In this document: positions 25,690 to 40,728 of the stretch, piece after piece
Numbering within the stretch: position 1 is the first letter of the stretch
Layout: every line of letters starts with the position of its first letter
Source: Octopus sinensis
Taxonomy: Eukaryota
Assembly: GCF_006345805.1 (NCBI RefSeq)
Contig: NC_043004.1
Span: 53,878,001 to 53,942,000 of the forward strand
Direction: 5' to 3'
DNA: 64,000 nucleotides
Program-made: the position numbers and the translations under genes
The notes under the pieces: model-generated
Seen by the model: the letters and a program-made list of their open reading frames with translations, nothing else
Told to the model about the DNA's origin: nothing
Databases searched by the model: none

Positions 25690-26050
25690 ACGATAAAGTA
25701 CGAAGCACAACTACATGGAACAACGAACGACACAAATAGAAACCAAAACAAATATAAAGAACGACCCTTCATTAGTTGTTGACTGTTTTCTAGTCTCGTA
25801 TTTCGAGCATTTAACAACAATATACGCTTTCGATAAAACAGTTGCTCCCGCAAGGCAAATTAAATAAAATTTGGGATTTTGCGGATGGTCAAAATAGGTA
25901 ATAGGATAGAATAGTGGGAGAAGAGGAGCCAAAAAGAATAAGGGAGAGAAAAAGAGAGAAAAACGAAAGAGTAAAAAGATCGTGTAGCTTGCACATCAGA
26001 ATTATTAAAATAAAATTTACTTGGAAGAGGATGCGTGCCGTTCAATCATA
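25690..26050 (-). repeat. Unclassified interspersed repeat family X (possible PLE terminal region)
   Basis: Shares cccaaattttatt...gggagcaact...gctcgaaat...caact(g/a)atgaag with 28640-29020 and 30400-30760. Confidence 0.6.
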
Positions 26051-26068
26051 TAATAATATAAATAATAT

Positions 26069-26199
<131 letters not shown>

Positions 26200-28639
26200 A
26201 TATATATATATGCATATATGCATACGTGTATGTAAATAAATAGATTTATATAAGTATATATATGCATATATACATATATACATACTCTTAAAAATATAAG
26301 TACATACATGTGCACATACATATATACATATAATATGCATATATTCATACATACCGATTGATATGTGTAAGCAGCCGCTATATTTTCTTGTCCACATTGC
26401 CTTTGCCTGAAGATACATATGAAGGTAAACAGTACTTTGATATTGCTATTACACTTAAAGAAAAACAGATATGAAACATGCATGTATCGTCACCACTTCC
26501 TTTATCTAATTAAAATACTGGTTAATTTTGTTCATATGCTATTTTATATCCATTGTCAGGAAATCTTCCGTCACACACTTGTGACCCCTTCATCGACAGT
26601 TCTATCTCGCGTGCCTCTTCTTGTTCTGTCAGAATGGAATAAACAGAAAAGGAAGAGAAACAGAAAAGGAAGAGACACATGGGATAGAGATGTCTCTCAA
26701 GAGGTCACAGGTGTGTGACGTTAGTCCTTTTCCTTAGTCTTTAAGAAATATTCTGTAAAGTCTCTGGCTATAGAAAAAAATTAATGGGACCATTAAACGC
26801 GAAAACATGTATTCAATCTTTATGTACGAGAGGCAGCAAAAATATACAAGTCTCTTATAAAATGTGTACATGCAGGATTATTGAAATTCAGTCGGCTTCT
26901 TTAGTTAGAATATGTCCCTTTCTCCTAACAAAGAAATAAAGAAAAACATATATATTAGGTGTGGCTGTGTGGTAAGATGTTTGCTTCTCAACCACATTGT
27001 TCCGGTTTCAATCCCAATGTGTGGCACTCTGCAGAAGCTTTGTACTCGTTCGATCGGTTTATTCAAGTCGCCGCCGAACTGCTAGTTCACGGGAATCTAA
27101 ACGCACCAACACTAGTTGTTAAGGGGTGGTGAGGACAAACGCAGACATAAGTAGTGTCAGTAAAATGCCATTTGAGTATATGCCGAGGCTTCATCAACGT
27201 AAGTCATATCACCTGGGAGAGGGTTCGGATACGACCACAAGATACAACACATGTTATTTTCAAGTATTGCATACGCGCAGGCGTGGTTGATAAGAAGCTT
27301 CAGAACAACACACACAAACACACACACACATATGTATCGTTTATCTTTCTACTTATCGATCTCACTAACTATCTATCTTTAGATCACTCTACCTATCTTC
27401 GACATTCTGTATATCTGTTTTTCCAAATATTCCAATCTATGTAATTAAATTGGAAATTCTGTCTAGATTGATACCTACCTATTAATGAGATAACCTCGTT
27501 TTCTCTTTCTGTCTGTATCTATCCCTTTAACTCTTTATACATCCTTATCAGTCTCGTTCCCCGTATATATGAGTGTGTCTGTGTGTATGTATTAAGTGTG
27601 GCTGTGTGGTAAGACATATATATACACACATGTATATATATGTATGTGAAGCTATGTATTATTGTCTCTAACTGTTGGTGCGTCTGTCTGAAAAATACAT
27701 CTACATAACAAGACTACTTATTTTTTTCTTTCGTCTCACAATCTTGATATATTTCTTTCTCTCCGTCTATCTTCATATCTATCTATTTACCCCGGTCTCT
27801 ATTTATTTACCTACCAACCAGCCTATTTAGCTATCTAACAACCAATCGGTCTATTTAATGATCTACCTTATTATCGATCGAACTCAGTTTTACTGGCGTT
27901 ATGAGCTATAAAATACTTCCATTTATCCACTTAGTCGTGTCGTCTGCTGAAAAATGGCCGATGTTACCTACATTTTAAGATGAAAGCATTTATTGACTTA
28001 AAACAATATCTTCTGAATCTTAATGAGATATTAGGTTGCCTATTTTCTTTGTTACTTCCATGTACATACTTATTCTTTGTAATCTTTCTAATAATGGTTC
28101 CTTGTAAACGCATAGCAACATTTGCAGACACCCACAAACACAGACAAGCTCACAAAGAAATTTGTACTCACACAGACTCAAACATGTTTGTATAGTTGTA
28201 TACACATGCATATATGCATACATAGATACACACACAATCACACACACACACACATATATGTATATATACACACACATATATATATATATAGGTGTGTGTG
28301 TGTGTGAATATATATATATACACATAAATGTATATATCGAAATGTAAGAGTTGTAAGTATTGTAAAAATTTATTTTACGTAGTACAAGCTTTACCTAATA
28401 TACTACTCAAAATGTTGAATAGAGTTGTGAAATGTTTAATTTAACTTAAGTTCATTTTCGATACGATAAAAATTCTGGAAGTAGTCCTGCTCCATTTCTT
28501 TTAGCCATACAGCTTGTTTGCTAGATTTATCATTTAGATATCAACTAGCCCTCAAACCGAGCTTTTGTGAGGTTGTCTTACCCAAAGTTTGACCCGTTGG
28601 CTTTGAAGCTATGATAAACTGACTTGGGATCTCTGGCAA

Positions 28640-29020
28640 ATAATTTTTGAGCTTTTCTCAGTCATAAGGTGTCGAAGAAAACATTTTTCCAGCGTTCGCT
28701 ATTTTATCTTTGTTCGGGTCTAACGACTCTCCGTGTTTGTTTTCGTTCGGCTTCCTTGTATGTCTCCACTGTCCTGTTTTTGTTCCCAACATTGACCCTC
28801 CATAGGTCCCAAATTTTATTTTGGTACTTATGGGAGCAACTAGCGTCGAAGACTCATACTGTCGCTCAATGCTCGAAATGAGGAGAAGATAGACAGCTGA
28901 CAACTGATGAAGAATCATTCTTTATTTGCACTGTTTTCTATTTGTTTCCCTCGTTATTTGCGTATTGAACTCATTTGTTTTCGTATTTCATGTTGTTTAC
29001 TGTTGGTGACGTCCAATACC
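28640..29020 (+). repeat. Unclassified interspersed repeat family X
   Basis: See 25690-26050; CTGATGA at 28904-28910. Confidence 0.6.
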
Positions 29021-30399
29021 CGTATATGCATATATATATATGTATATATTGGTATTGGACGTCACCAATATTATTATTATTATTATTATTATTATTTATA
29101 TAAGGCGGACTTTGCTCGGCCTGATACTTCAGTAGAACTTCCTCTACTACGTAGCAATGATGGTTGGGAGCCCCTGTGGTTGGGAAGTAAACTCCAAGCT
29201 TGTGTGTGTGTGTGTGTGTGTGTGTTTGCGTGTGTGTGTAGGTGTGTGTGTGTGTGTGCATGCGTGTGTGTGTATGTATGTGCGTATGTATTTGTGAGTG
29301 ATCGTACCTTTGTGCTTCTGTTTACATTTTGTAACTTATTTAATATAACGCCAGGCATCTTGTCACCTTATATAGTAGAAATTTTCTAGGCGACGTGTCT
29401 TTCTCTTTTCCCTTCCTCTCCCACCCTTCCTCTCTCACCAACTTTCGTCTCTGTGGCTTTCTCTCACTCTGCCCTCCACATTATTTCTCTTTCCACCCAC
29501 TAAAATTTGACTCGTGATCATTCCTATGTCTCTGTCTAACCTTAATTTTCTCCGCTTAATCGCCAACTTGTTTAATCACGCACCACTCGGCATCTTATTC
29601 TCTTTCTTAATTTCAAAACAGGATTTACTTTTTACACATTTCGTCCAATATTTCTATCTCTCCTGTTATTGTTTACAGTCCTATAGGATATTTTCCATAG
29701 CATTACTCATACATGTCTTGCCTGGGAGACGCACAGCTTTTATTTTGTTTGTATATTGTATACTTATTTCGTTCGTATATTCACATTTACCTGTTGTTTC
29801 TGTTCTAGCCACTGTCGTCCTTGTTCGCTCTCTGTTCCCAGCGGCGTTTCGCTGTTTACTCCATTCACATTGCACAATATTATCGTTAAAGACGTGCACT
29901 TGAAATGATCTCTTGGGCAAAACCTGGAGAAGAAAGGGAATGTCCGGAAGCTTTTCATTATGTTGTCGGGCCTCTGTATGATTTTTGTAATTTATTGTTT
30001 AATATAACGTGAGCCACTCATATATATCCGAATATATACACCTCATTACGTACAAGTTTATTCATGCATCAAGAAATTTTAAACATTTTCCTAAATATAG
30101 ATTCTTCTACACACCTTGGCTTCAGAACTTATAATACTACCTAATACAAGAGTAATCAATGAATCCACGGAAATTTTGATAGACGATAGAAAAATTTTGA
30201 TCTCTAAGTCACCAAAGTCTGATGGTGGGTTTAGTGAGCGTAACTTATTTTTAAAGAATAGTATCTCTGAGCATGAAGTATACATATATATAATAATATA
30301 AATAATATATAAATATATGCATATATACATACATATACGTACATACCTACATATATATGTATATATATATGTGTATATATAGGTACAGGACATCAAAAA

Positions 30400-30760
30400 A
30401 CGTTGAACACAATGAGAAACGAAAACATAAAAACAAAAACATAGAAAACGAACGTTTTTTTCGAATAACGAAAAAAAGCCAGAGAAACGAGACATACAAC
30501 ATAAAGAATATTCCCCTTCATCAATTGTCCCTCCGCATTACGAAGGCAAGGACAATACGCGACTTCATTGAAACAATCCTTCCTGCAACGGAAATTAAAT
30601 AAAAATTTGGGACTTTTGCGGAGGGTGAACAAGACAGTGAGAACAAGACACCAAAAACAAAGACAATAGAAAAAATATTATGAACACTAGAAAGACGAGC
30701 TTTTGAGAGCAGACAGGTATAAGCAAATGCTGTCTTTAGGAAGGAAATTGGCATAAGATA
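30400..30760 (-). repeat. Unclassified interspersed repeat family X, diverged
   Basis: Minus strand ctccgcaaaagtcccaaatttttatttaatttcc...gacaattgatgaaggggaatattcttt. Confidence 0.5.
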
Positions 30761-31029
30761 GATTCTGTTTCGTCACGTGTCAGCGACGAGAAAGTCAAGG
30801 AGGAAGAGTGAAAGAGAGGGAACGGTGAAGAGGAGAGGGGAAGAATTGGGAAGGGTGGGAGAGAAAACCAGAAAGGATGAAGAAGAAGAGAGAGAGATAG
30901 ATAGACAGAGAAGAGATAGTTGAAATAGAAGAGTGCGCACCTCATTTTAACAGGTATATTTGCCAACATTATATTAAAAATTTCCCCTGGAAGGTCTCTT
31001 TGTTTAAGTTGGTGATAATTGACATACTC

Positions 31030-31390
31030 CTGGCCTCAGTTCATCTTTGGTGCTTTGTTGGTCTCTCGCTCCACTGCGCTCCACCCATGGTACTCAAGGG
31101 CGTTGCAGTCTGGGGAGTTAGGTGGCCAATTGTTAGAGGTGATGTGGTCGCAGAAATTGTCTGATAACCATGACTGGGTACTCCTGCTTGTCTAACATGG
31201 TGCACAATCGTATTACCAGACATAGGGTTTTCCAGCAGCTGACCTATTGACCCAGAGCAGCAGTAATACCACTAGGCACTTGATGTAGGCCTCTGTGTTG
31301 TTTCTGAGGCCGTGTGGGAAGATGAATGGAGGTATAACATCGCCGTTATTAGTGATCACTCCAAACACCTTGATGTTGACAGGATCTTTG
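31030..31390 (-). mobile_element. Tc1/mariner-superfamily (maT/DD37D-like) catalytic-domain remnant
   Basis: PVNIKVFGVITNNGDVIPPFIFPHGLR.NTEAYIKCL, AAGKPYVW, then shifted frame TQSWLSDNFCDHIT.NNWPPNSPDCN. Confidence 0.85.
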
Positions 31391-32374
31391 ATTTTTATCA
31401 CTCTCAGTACACGTCCTCAAATTGCACTGTTCTCAGATTGACCGTGAACTGTTCGTGTTGGAGAATTCGGTGCGGATGCCAAGCAGTACAAAATGTCGTT
31501 TTCAAATTTTTGGCAGAGGGAATTGCATCATGGTGCTATCTTTTTCACAGACGGTGCTCAAATAATAACCCTACTATAGTGTGTAGTCGACAAAACCAAA
31601 GCAACAAGAAGAAGACGAAATATGCAACCGAAGAGTTTAAAGTACCAGTAATGATAAGGCTGTTGACTGGGAGAACACAAACAGGGTTTAAACAGTAAGC
31701 TTGGCAGGAAAGAAACGTGCCTTTAGGCAGTACAAAAACAACAAAAAATGGAAGGTGCCAGTTATGTGCAGGTTGGCGGAAGAAAAGCAGGGCAAAAATG
31801 ATGCATGCAAATGGGTTAGCTGGAGGTAAATCTAGATGGAAAAGCATGATGATTTTTTGGCGCAAACTGCTCGTACATTTTGCTCGCGTACGCGTAGTAT
31901 CGATCGCAACAGCTGATGTATTTCCGCGTACTAATGCACGTTCCCACAGTTTTATAGATCGCATTCTAACCTGGAATCGATTTTTGTAATTAATGCCAAG
32001 AGAAAAAGATGTTTTATGTGACATATTCTACCAGTATACGAAGTTTAAAAGTGTTTAGTTACGAATACATAATTTTTTTAATCTGCCGGTGAAAGTGAAA
32101 AGATCCTATAATTCTCCTCTCTTGGGACCTGCGCCTCGCTTGTTTCAAAGTATGTTATATACTGTGTATTGGATAAAATGTGCGTTTCTGAACAGCTGAA
32201 GGGCTAATAATATATTCACTTTTGTTCAATTAATTGCATGCATAACCCCAATATCGTTCAGCAAATATTTCTATACCGATGTTGGTATTCGTCTATAATT
32301 GCTGTGTATGCATTTTATTCTAAACTAACTCGGTGCCTTACCTTTAAGTACCTTATTCAACTGCATCTTGATAT

Positions 32375-32417
<43 letters not shown>

Positions 32418-33129
32418 CACACACACATATATATATATATATACTTATTTACATATACGTGTACATCTTTGTACGACAGCGCAACTTTAAGAATATGGGT
32501 TTCGAAAAGTTTATGTCTATATTTTATACATATACGACTCACTTTGATAAACACATGAGGATGTCAAAAGACACCATGTTGTTGACTACAGATTTTCATC
32601 ATTTACATTTCCTTATAAACAATACTGTTCCTTTCTCAGATTTTTTGTTTATGTAAACTGAACGTCTGAACCTACCAAGATCCCGAAGCTACTAGCATTT
32701 CGTGAGTTGTTTTAGACATTATAATTATGTTATGTTTTCATTGTAAAATTTTCCTTGCCTCAATGTTTAACTAAGACACTTTATCGTTATTGTAAGAATG
32801 CTAAAGTAATATTTCTGAATATTTCTCTACACATGCTTATTTGTTAGGTTATCTATATCTTTTACTTGCTGTTCACATCTGTGAATTTTACATTTTCATA
32901 TCATGAGACAAAAATTAATAAAAGCAAACCTCGAACGTTATCGATTTTTTTTTTATTAATTCCTAATTTTGCTTTAGGCTTCAAGATCTTCTGTATAATA
33001 CATATACATACGTATGTGTGTGTATACATAGATGCATACATACGTATACTCACAGTCACGCACTCACATACACACACATACATACACACACATACACTCA
33101 TATACAGATCCCTGTATACGTGCATATAT

Positions 33130-33510
33130 AAAAAGTCATATATGTAGTGGCACATTTATAAACACATATATATACACACATACATAATACATACATACAC
33201 ACAAACATACATACACACATACATAAATACATACGCACATACATACATCCACACATACATACACACATACATACACATACATACATACATAATACATACG
33301 TACATACATACATACACACATATATACACACATACATACACATACATACATACACACACATACATACATACATACATACATACATAATACATACATACAT
33401 ACATACATACATACATACATACATACGTACGTGCATACCCACACATGCACATATACATACATATATACATACATACATGCATGCATTCATACATACATAT
33501 ATGTACATAA
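33130..33510. repeat. (TACA)n compound microsatellite
   Basis: Direct reading. Confidence 0.95.
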
Positions 33511-36142
33511 GACTTGCACAAAAGAGAAATGAATTCATAATTTTGGCAGCTGGCAGATGAACATGTTATTAACTTTCAATCATGTTTTTAATACACATAC
33601 ATTTTTTAGATGAGCAATTACTGGAATAGATGTATTTTCTTGAAAATTTATTTAGTATTTACACTTTCATCTATTTTTTTACTGTGCGTTTCTATTCTTC
33701 AGCTATCAATAATTCCACATCTACACAGGTATTGTGTTTTGGAATTCTCTTAGAATCTGTATTTGCCTTACAGATTCGACAAGTTATTCGAAAATATGAC
33801 GTGAGTAATAGAAATGTATTTCACTCTCATTGAAATAGCTTCTATATTTTTGGAAATATAGGTCCATGAAGACGCTAAGATATTTGTAGAACATTTCTGT
33901 TGGACGGAAATACAAAAGACGAATTTCTGGAGAAAATCAGTAAAAATTTGTATCGAAGGGTTAACAAAATACACTATTTATATTTAGATTAAGTTTTCTG
34001 ATGATTTTCTAAGTTTTGTAAACACCAGCTTACTAATTCTAACGTCAAGTACCAATCCTTCAAATACACATCTTTAATGGATGACGAACTGTCCGAATCT
34101 TTTCAGTAGTCTCAGGCAAACTGAGGCTTGCAGGATTTACTGAATAACATGCCTAATGACAAATTACTTCGTTCAGCTCACCTAGTTATATGCCACGTCT
34201 CATGCAGCTTGCATATCACAGAGATGATGCTCAGCACTGTCATTTACAGTTGTGGCTTCAGAATCAGTGCATGCTGAATAAATTCAAAACATTTCCGATA
34301 GGTGGCCATGCATTTCCGATAGGTGGCCATTGTACGATCTCTGAGATACGATCGAAATTCATTTCACTGACGGCTGCTTCAAAATAGCGAAGAGCGTCTT
34401 TATCAAAGGTTTCGAATGACTTCAGAAGGGCAGTTCATGTCATGCTGAGCTGTATCGCATAGGATGGAGGTTTTTCTGGAAACTTCTGACGAGGATCAGG
34501 CTGGTCTATCAGCATCTCACTACTAATGCCAAATGTCAACAATTTTGCGTGCAACTTCGGTAAAAAAAACGGAGTAGGAAATTGGAAACTATCATTCATT
34601 GGAGTAAAGATTATTTGCCAATATAATATGGCTGTCCTGGTTTAGGACGAATGGTGCTGTAATTTAGCCCCAGGAGTCATTGTCTCCAACTGGCTATACG
34701 ACACGATCTGTGAACTTATATTTTCGAACACAGGATAATTGTGCTGATGAAGAGAAATAACCCGGAAATCGCAATACACAGATATTGCTTTGAGCTGAGT
34801 GGGGTGCTAGATTCCCTTGTTCGAAAATATAAGGACACAGATCCAAAGTACTGTTGCTGAATATCTCTCCTTGTGAGATTTACAAATAGTAATTTTCTAA
34901 CTATCATTCATATTCTTTCTCATAAATCTTACAACAACCCGTCCCACTGAAGTTGAGATAATCACGTTCTGCTCTGAGGTTCATGTTTTCCAAAACCTAA
35001 ATAGTCAAATATACATGACATCTAAGTTAACAATTTTTACCCTCAAGGAACATTTTACTACAAAGCGTAACCCAGAGGCACTTAACGTCTATCTATAACA
35101 TATTTTGCCTTCTGCTCCGGATATAACTTGTCCTAAATAGTTCAGTAATATGCCCTTTGGCAGCAGCTGTATTGTAATGTTTCTGTGATTGTGTGGAGCA
35201 CACCCATCTCCGTCCATGAAACATTGAATTGTGGTTATCTCGCAACGCTACACATCCTAGTTTACTGGAGTATCACTTGTTACTTTTGGTTTATGAGCAT
35301 GCACCATAGTTCTGACAACACGAACTTCCTATTTCATATTGACATGATTTATAATCTTCATAAAAATGGCGTGGATTCAATTTCTCAGACCCAACAAACT
35401 TTAAGTTATAGTTGCATTCATAATAATAAAAAATTCTGTAGAAATTTTGTATTCGGTTGATAAAATTACATTCGTGGAAATAAAAAAAAGAAAATTATAA
35501 ATAAATTAATAAATAACAAAATATTAACTTAAAAAACAAGTCTGAAATTATTTCTGCCAAAATAAAAAAAAAGAGAAAACTCAACAGAACTTGTCACAAT
35601 CAAACGTTTTCACACGTCACTTAATTGCGTGATTCTACGTTGCTGATGGAAGATGTTAAATGACTTTGTAAAGGTTGAATTAGGACCAAATTGGTGCCAC
35701 TTAAAAATATCTATATATTATTTCTCCAAGTTTGGATAAAAGAGCTAAATTTAGGAGGAAGGCGGAGAAAAATAATACAGAAATTCTTTAGTTCATTAAA
35801 TGTTAACGCGTGTGCAGGTGCTAATGTTTGTATGTATTGTATGTATGTGAATGAACAGAAATAAGGCTTTACATAATATGTGTGTGTGTGCGTGTATGTG
35901 TGTTTGTATATGTATACTTTTATGTAGGAATTCATACTAGAGCATGAAAAATATGCACGTTGCTATATACTGATCTACGCCTATGTATGCATGTTTATAT
36001 ACATAAAAGCCAATACAATTACGAAAATAAATATCGACTGCATATGTATATATATTCAAATATATATATACACATATATATATGTGTGTGTGAATGTATA
36101 CATATATGTCCATATTTGTATACACAGCTATACACACATACA

Positions 36143-36214
<72 letters not shown>

Positions 36215-36519
36215 CATATAAAACACATACAGATGTGTACACACACTATACAGCATGCACATCGTAATGAGTGTATAGAAACACAGTGATTAGTCTGTTC
36301 ACTAACACAACGCGGTATTTCCTTCCAATTAGGGAGAGGCTTTCCTCTGCTTCAACAACATGGCTGCCATTACAAAAGTCTCTAATGACTGAACGCATAA
36401 GAGTCACAGAATAAATTACATACGCTCGTGCGCACACACTGAAGCAATCGCGCTCTATCGACACACACACACACACACACACATACACACACACACATAT
36501 ATATATATTATATATATAT

Positions 36520-36550
<31 letters not shown>

Positions 36551-36725
36551 CACATACATACATACATACATACATTCATACATACATACAAATATAAATA
36601 AACAAATGCGTGTACTCATCTTTATATACAATTTACGTAGAGAAATCTGTGCAGATAGAAGTACATACACATGTAGAATGTTATATATATTTATATATGT
36701 ATATACATATGTGTGTGTGTGTGTG

Positions 36726-36766
<41 letters not shown>

Positions 36767-37329
36767 TACATACAAGTATATTGAGACATACACATATATA
36801 TATACATATATGGTATGTATGTTTATCCATAGTGAATGTGTCTCTGTGAGGGCATTAATGATATGCTATGGAACGGGTGAGAAAATATTTAAAGAGTGAG
36901 AAAATAAGAATGTGGGGATAATCAGAGGGAATTACCGAGATATCTAATGGAAAAAGAAAGAATAAAATTGTAAAGGACATGCTGCATGAAAACATGTCAA
37001 ATAAGTGAAAGAAATTTAAAAGAGATGCATATATTTATAGTAAACCACTAAGTAGAACGAATGAAACATAGAACAGTATTTCGACATGAAGATGGTGATA
37101 AATTTGGAGATTAAGGCTGAAAATAAGACAACGAAAATTCATACAGAAAAATAGTAAACTAAGGTGTAATGCAAAGCTGAGATGTTAAGTCATGTTAAGT
37201 CAATGTGTCTGTAGTGTTAGCCTTGAAATTAAACATGGCTATTTAGCTGATGAGGTTTAATGAATTTGAAATACGACTGAATTTGCCATCGTACTAAGTT
37301 TTACTTTCCAGTTCAAACCTTATTTATTT

Positions 37330-37553
37330 TATTCTTCTCTTATCTTTTGTCTGTTTTAATCATTAGATTGCGTCCATGCTTCGACACGGCTTTATAGAAT
37401 TTTTAGTATGAATCCTGGTACTTATATTGGTTTCTATTTTGCAGCACCGCTATGTTACAGAGATGTAATCAAACCAACGCCGGTCATCAACACCGGAGGA
37501 CAGACACAGAGACGCACACACACACACGTACATAATCACACACAAAAACACAC

Positions 37554-37616
<63 letters not shown>

Positions 37617-37790
37617 TGTGTGTGTGTGTGTGTAACGGGAATCTTTCACTTTCCGTCTACCAAATCTACTCACCAGGCTTTGGTCGACCCAAGGTTATAG
37701 TGGAAAAAACTCACCCCAGATGCCACGCAGTGCGACTGAAACCGGAAAAACGTGGTTGTGAAGCAAGCTTCTTACTACGCAGCAACACCA
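37330..37790 (-). mobile_element. Decayed SINE family C
   Basis: ccgtctaccaaatctactcac, tgccacgcagtg, head near 37740-37790, internal CA/CT repeats. Confidence 0.7.
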
Positions 37791-37882
37791 AGCCTATTGT
37801 TATAAATAATTGTTTTGTGATTGTCGCCGACAGACTTTAATGCGATTTGGTATTTTGGACATGTGGTATTCTTGTCGCCAGG

Positions 37883-38093
37883 AAGGCGGTGAGCTGGCAG
37901 AATCGTTAGCATGTCGGGCGAAATGCTACGTTCTGAGTTCAAATTCCGCCGAGGTCGACTTTGCCTTTCATCCTTTCGGGTTCGATTAAATAAGTACCAG
38001 TTACGCACTGGTGTCGATATAATCGACTTAACCCGTTTGTCTGTCCTTGTTTGTCCTCTCTGTGTTTAGCCCCGTGTGGATAGTAAAGAAATA
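37883..38093 (+). mobile_element. Nin/Deu-type SINE with a short internal deletion
   Basis: aaggcggtgagctggcagaatcgttagc...gtcgactttgcctttcatcctttcggg; 18-bp TSD ggtattc(t/c)tgtcgccagg at 37865-37882 and 38094-38111. Confidence 0.9.
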
Positions 38094-38319
38094 GGTATTC
38101 CTGTCGCCAGGTTTTTAATTATATTTAAATATTTCTTTGATCATTAAATCAAAAAAAGCAGAAACTCCCCACCCATGTTTTTTAAACTTGTATACAGCAG
38201 ATCCCAATTGGTATTTTCAGCAGCCAGACATCCTTACTAATTTATCACGCCATTCAGTATTTATCCACGAGCATCTATAGTACACTAACCAGTAGGCGTC
38301 CTTCCAGTATCGTTATTTA

Positions 38320-38360
38320 CTGTGCTGATGATGTCTGTTTAAACCGAAACATGTCCTTAG
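38320..38360 (+). ncRNA. Decayed type I hammerhead motif
   Basis: ctgtg-CTGATGA(38325-38331)-tgtctgtttaaacc-GAAAC(38346-38350)-at-GTC-cttag; core intact, helices I and II imperfect. Confidence 0.5.
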
Positions 38361-39188
38361 CCGTCACTGAATGACTAAAAGTCAGAATCACTTTGAACTG
38401 CGTTCAATATCTATTAATTTAATTATTAAAGTTTTATGTTAGTTTAGGTTGTTGCAATTCCTTGCTTACATGGGCAAAATTCTTGCTTTCATGTTGCTCC
38501 AGTTCATCCAGCTGGCCAAAATGATTAACTCTTCGTCGGATCGGTGACCCGTGTAGGGATGCGAGGGAATATATACTGCATAGAATCTAAGAAACATGCT
38601 TTATGGGCCTATGGCTCTGGAATGACCTTTGATTCTTTCTCTGAAGGTAGATTTTTACTTGTACACCCAAATTCACTATTTTAAAAGTGATGCCTACCTA
38701 GGCCCACTTACAATGAAAGAAATTCTATTTAAAATGTTTTTTCAGTATTGTTTCCAAATTTTCCTTAGACTGAAAGAGCCAAGTTCGTATAGATTGGGTT
38801 ATAGGCTAATGTTAGAAACGATAAGAGTCAACTGTCGTCTTCCGCGTAGATATAATGCTGTCAGGCTTTAATTCTTTCTGTAAAAAGGTCCATACCTCGA
38901 AATAAATACCGCAACGTACTTCTCAAATTTTCTGGTGTTCTGATTTTCACTATTGTTCTTGATTATTAAATCACCATTATTATCTATGCAACTGAAAAGA
39001 AAAGACTGATAGAATTATTTTTTCTATCTGTTTTTCTTTTATATATAATGTAGTAAACTAAGTTCTTATTTAACTGTATATCTGTACATAAATATATAGT
39101 CATACACACAAACACACAAACTTGTACATATTCACGGATATATTTGTATACATACTATTATGGTGTCAGCGATATACATATGTGTGTA

Positions 39189-39355
39189 TACTCTTTACTC
39201 TTTTACTTGTTTCAGGACTTATTCTTTTGTAAGCCCAGTACTTATTCTGTCGGTCTCTTTTGCCGAACCGCTAAGTAACGGGGACATAAACACACCAGCA
39301 TCGGTTGTCAAGCAATGCTAGGGTGGCAAACATAGACACAAACACACACACGCAC

Positions 39356-39388
<33 letters not shown>

Positions 39389-39570
39389 ATATATATATAC
39401 ATATATACGACGGGCTTCTTAGAGTTTCCATCTACCAAATCCACTCACAAGGCCTTGGTCGGCCCGAGGCTATAATAGAAGACACTTTCCCAAGGTGCCA
39501 CGCAGTTGAACTGAACCCGGAACCATGTGGTTAGTAAACAAGCTACTTACCACACAGCCACTCCTGCGCC
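39189..39570 (-). mobile_element. SINE family C, near full length with a deletion in the tail
   Basis: Reverse complement of 8696-9175; head cttaccacacagccactcctgcgcc. Confidence 0.88.
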
Positions 39571-40043
39571 AATATATATATATATATATATATCACATAT
39601 ATATCAAAATAGAGCCAAACTATACTTTAAGAATTTTATATAAGGTTACTAAACAAATACTGATCAACGCAAAATATTGATCACACTTAAATATTGATCG
39701 TCTTTGAAAAGTTATTATATCGATCATCATAAAAAATCCGATTATGGCTGACATGTTTTCTCGGACAAAATCTGGACAGGACACTGCTCTGTACAGCAGG
39801 CATTGTCCGTTCTCTATGATAATGGACACATTAAAGAGGTGGCTTATATTTTCCAGTGCATATATGTGAATATATGTTTGCCATTTATGAATATCTCTAT
39901 ATATGTGTGTATGAATACGATTATGTATGAATATATCTATATGAATGTTTTTTTTGTCTAAGTGTACGTGAAGACAGATGTTTACGAATAATAAAGGTAT
40001 CTATGAACGCATGTATGTATGCGTCTATTACACGAACACACGT

Positions 40044-40081
<38 letters not shown>

Positions 40082-40353
40082 CAATGCACATGTACACACA
40101 CACACACACACTCACACACACGCATATATATATATACATGCAGGCAGTCAGATCGACAGATAGACATGTATATGTTTATATTATACATACATATGCATAT
40201 ATTTACTGAATTTTATATTCACTGAATTTCGTGCGAACATGAATGTGTATGAGTGGATGTGTGAGTGTTTGTTTGTGTGTATGTGTGTGTGTTTCTCTGT
40301 GTGTATGTGTATATTATATAGATATCTACATTATGTATATGAATGTATGTATG

Positions 40354-40463
<110 letters not shown>

Positions 40464-40652
40464 CAAAGAAGTAAATATATGGCACAACGAAGTACCGATA
40501 TTTACTGGAAATAGCGAACGTAATAATACGACGCTAATGTATAGCTTCACCGCGTATGTACTAGCAAAAATGCGTGTGTGCAACAAACTAGAAAAAAATT
40601 GTCTTACCTCCAGGGAGAACATCTGAAAGATGAAATACCTGGAAAAGGATAA

Positions 40653-40728
40653 TTTGGGACCTGCGCAGGTTTCAGATTTTTCAAGATATGTCTGCACCCA
40701 TAAACTTGATCTATCTTCATCAGCCAAA
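40653..40728 (-). ncRNA. Type I hammerhead ribozyme, canonical core, 43-nt helix II domain
   Basis: tttgg-CTGATGA-agat...atct-GAAAC-ctgcgcag-GTC-ccaaa; helix I 5 bp perfect; 12-nt palindrome ACCTGCGCAGGT. Confidence 0.88.

Noticed and set aside
31717-31989. piggyBac-like cysteine-rich tail (GRCQLC)
   Set aside because: Only one CxxC and no other piggyBac motifs; insufficient support
37242-37280. ctgatgag...gaaa possible hammerhead
   Set aside because: Helix II and helix III/NUH cannot be paired
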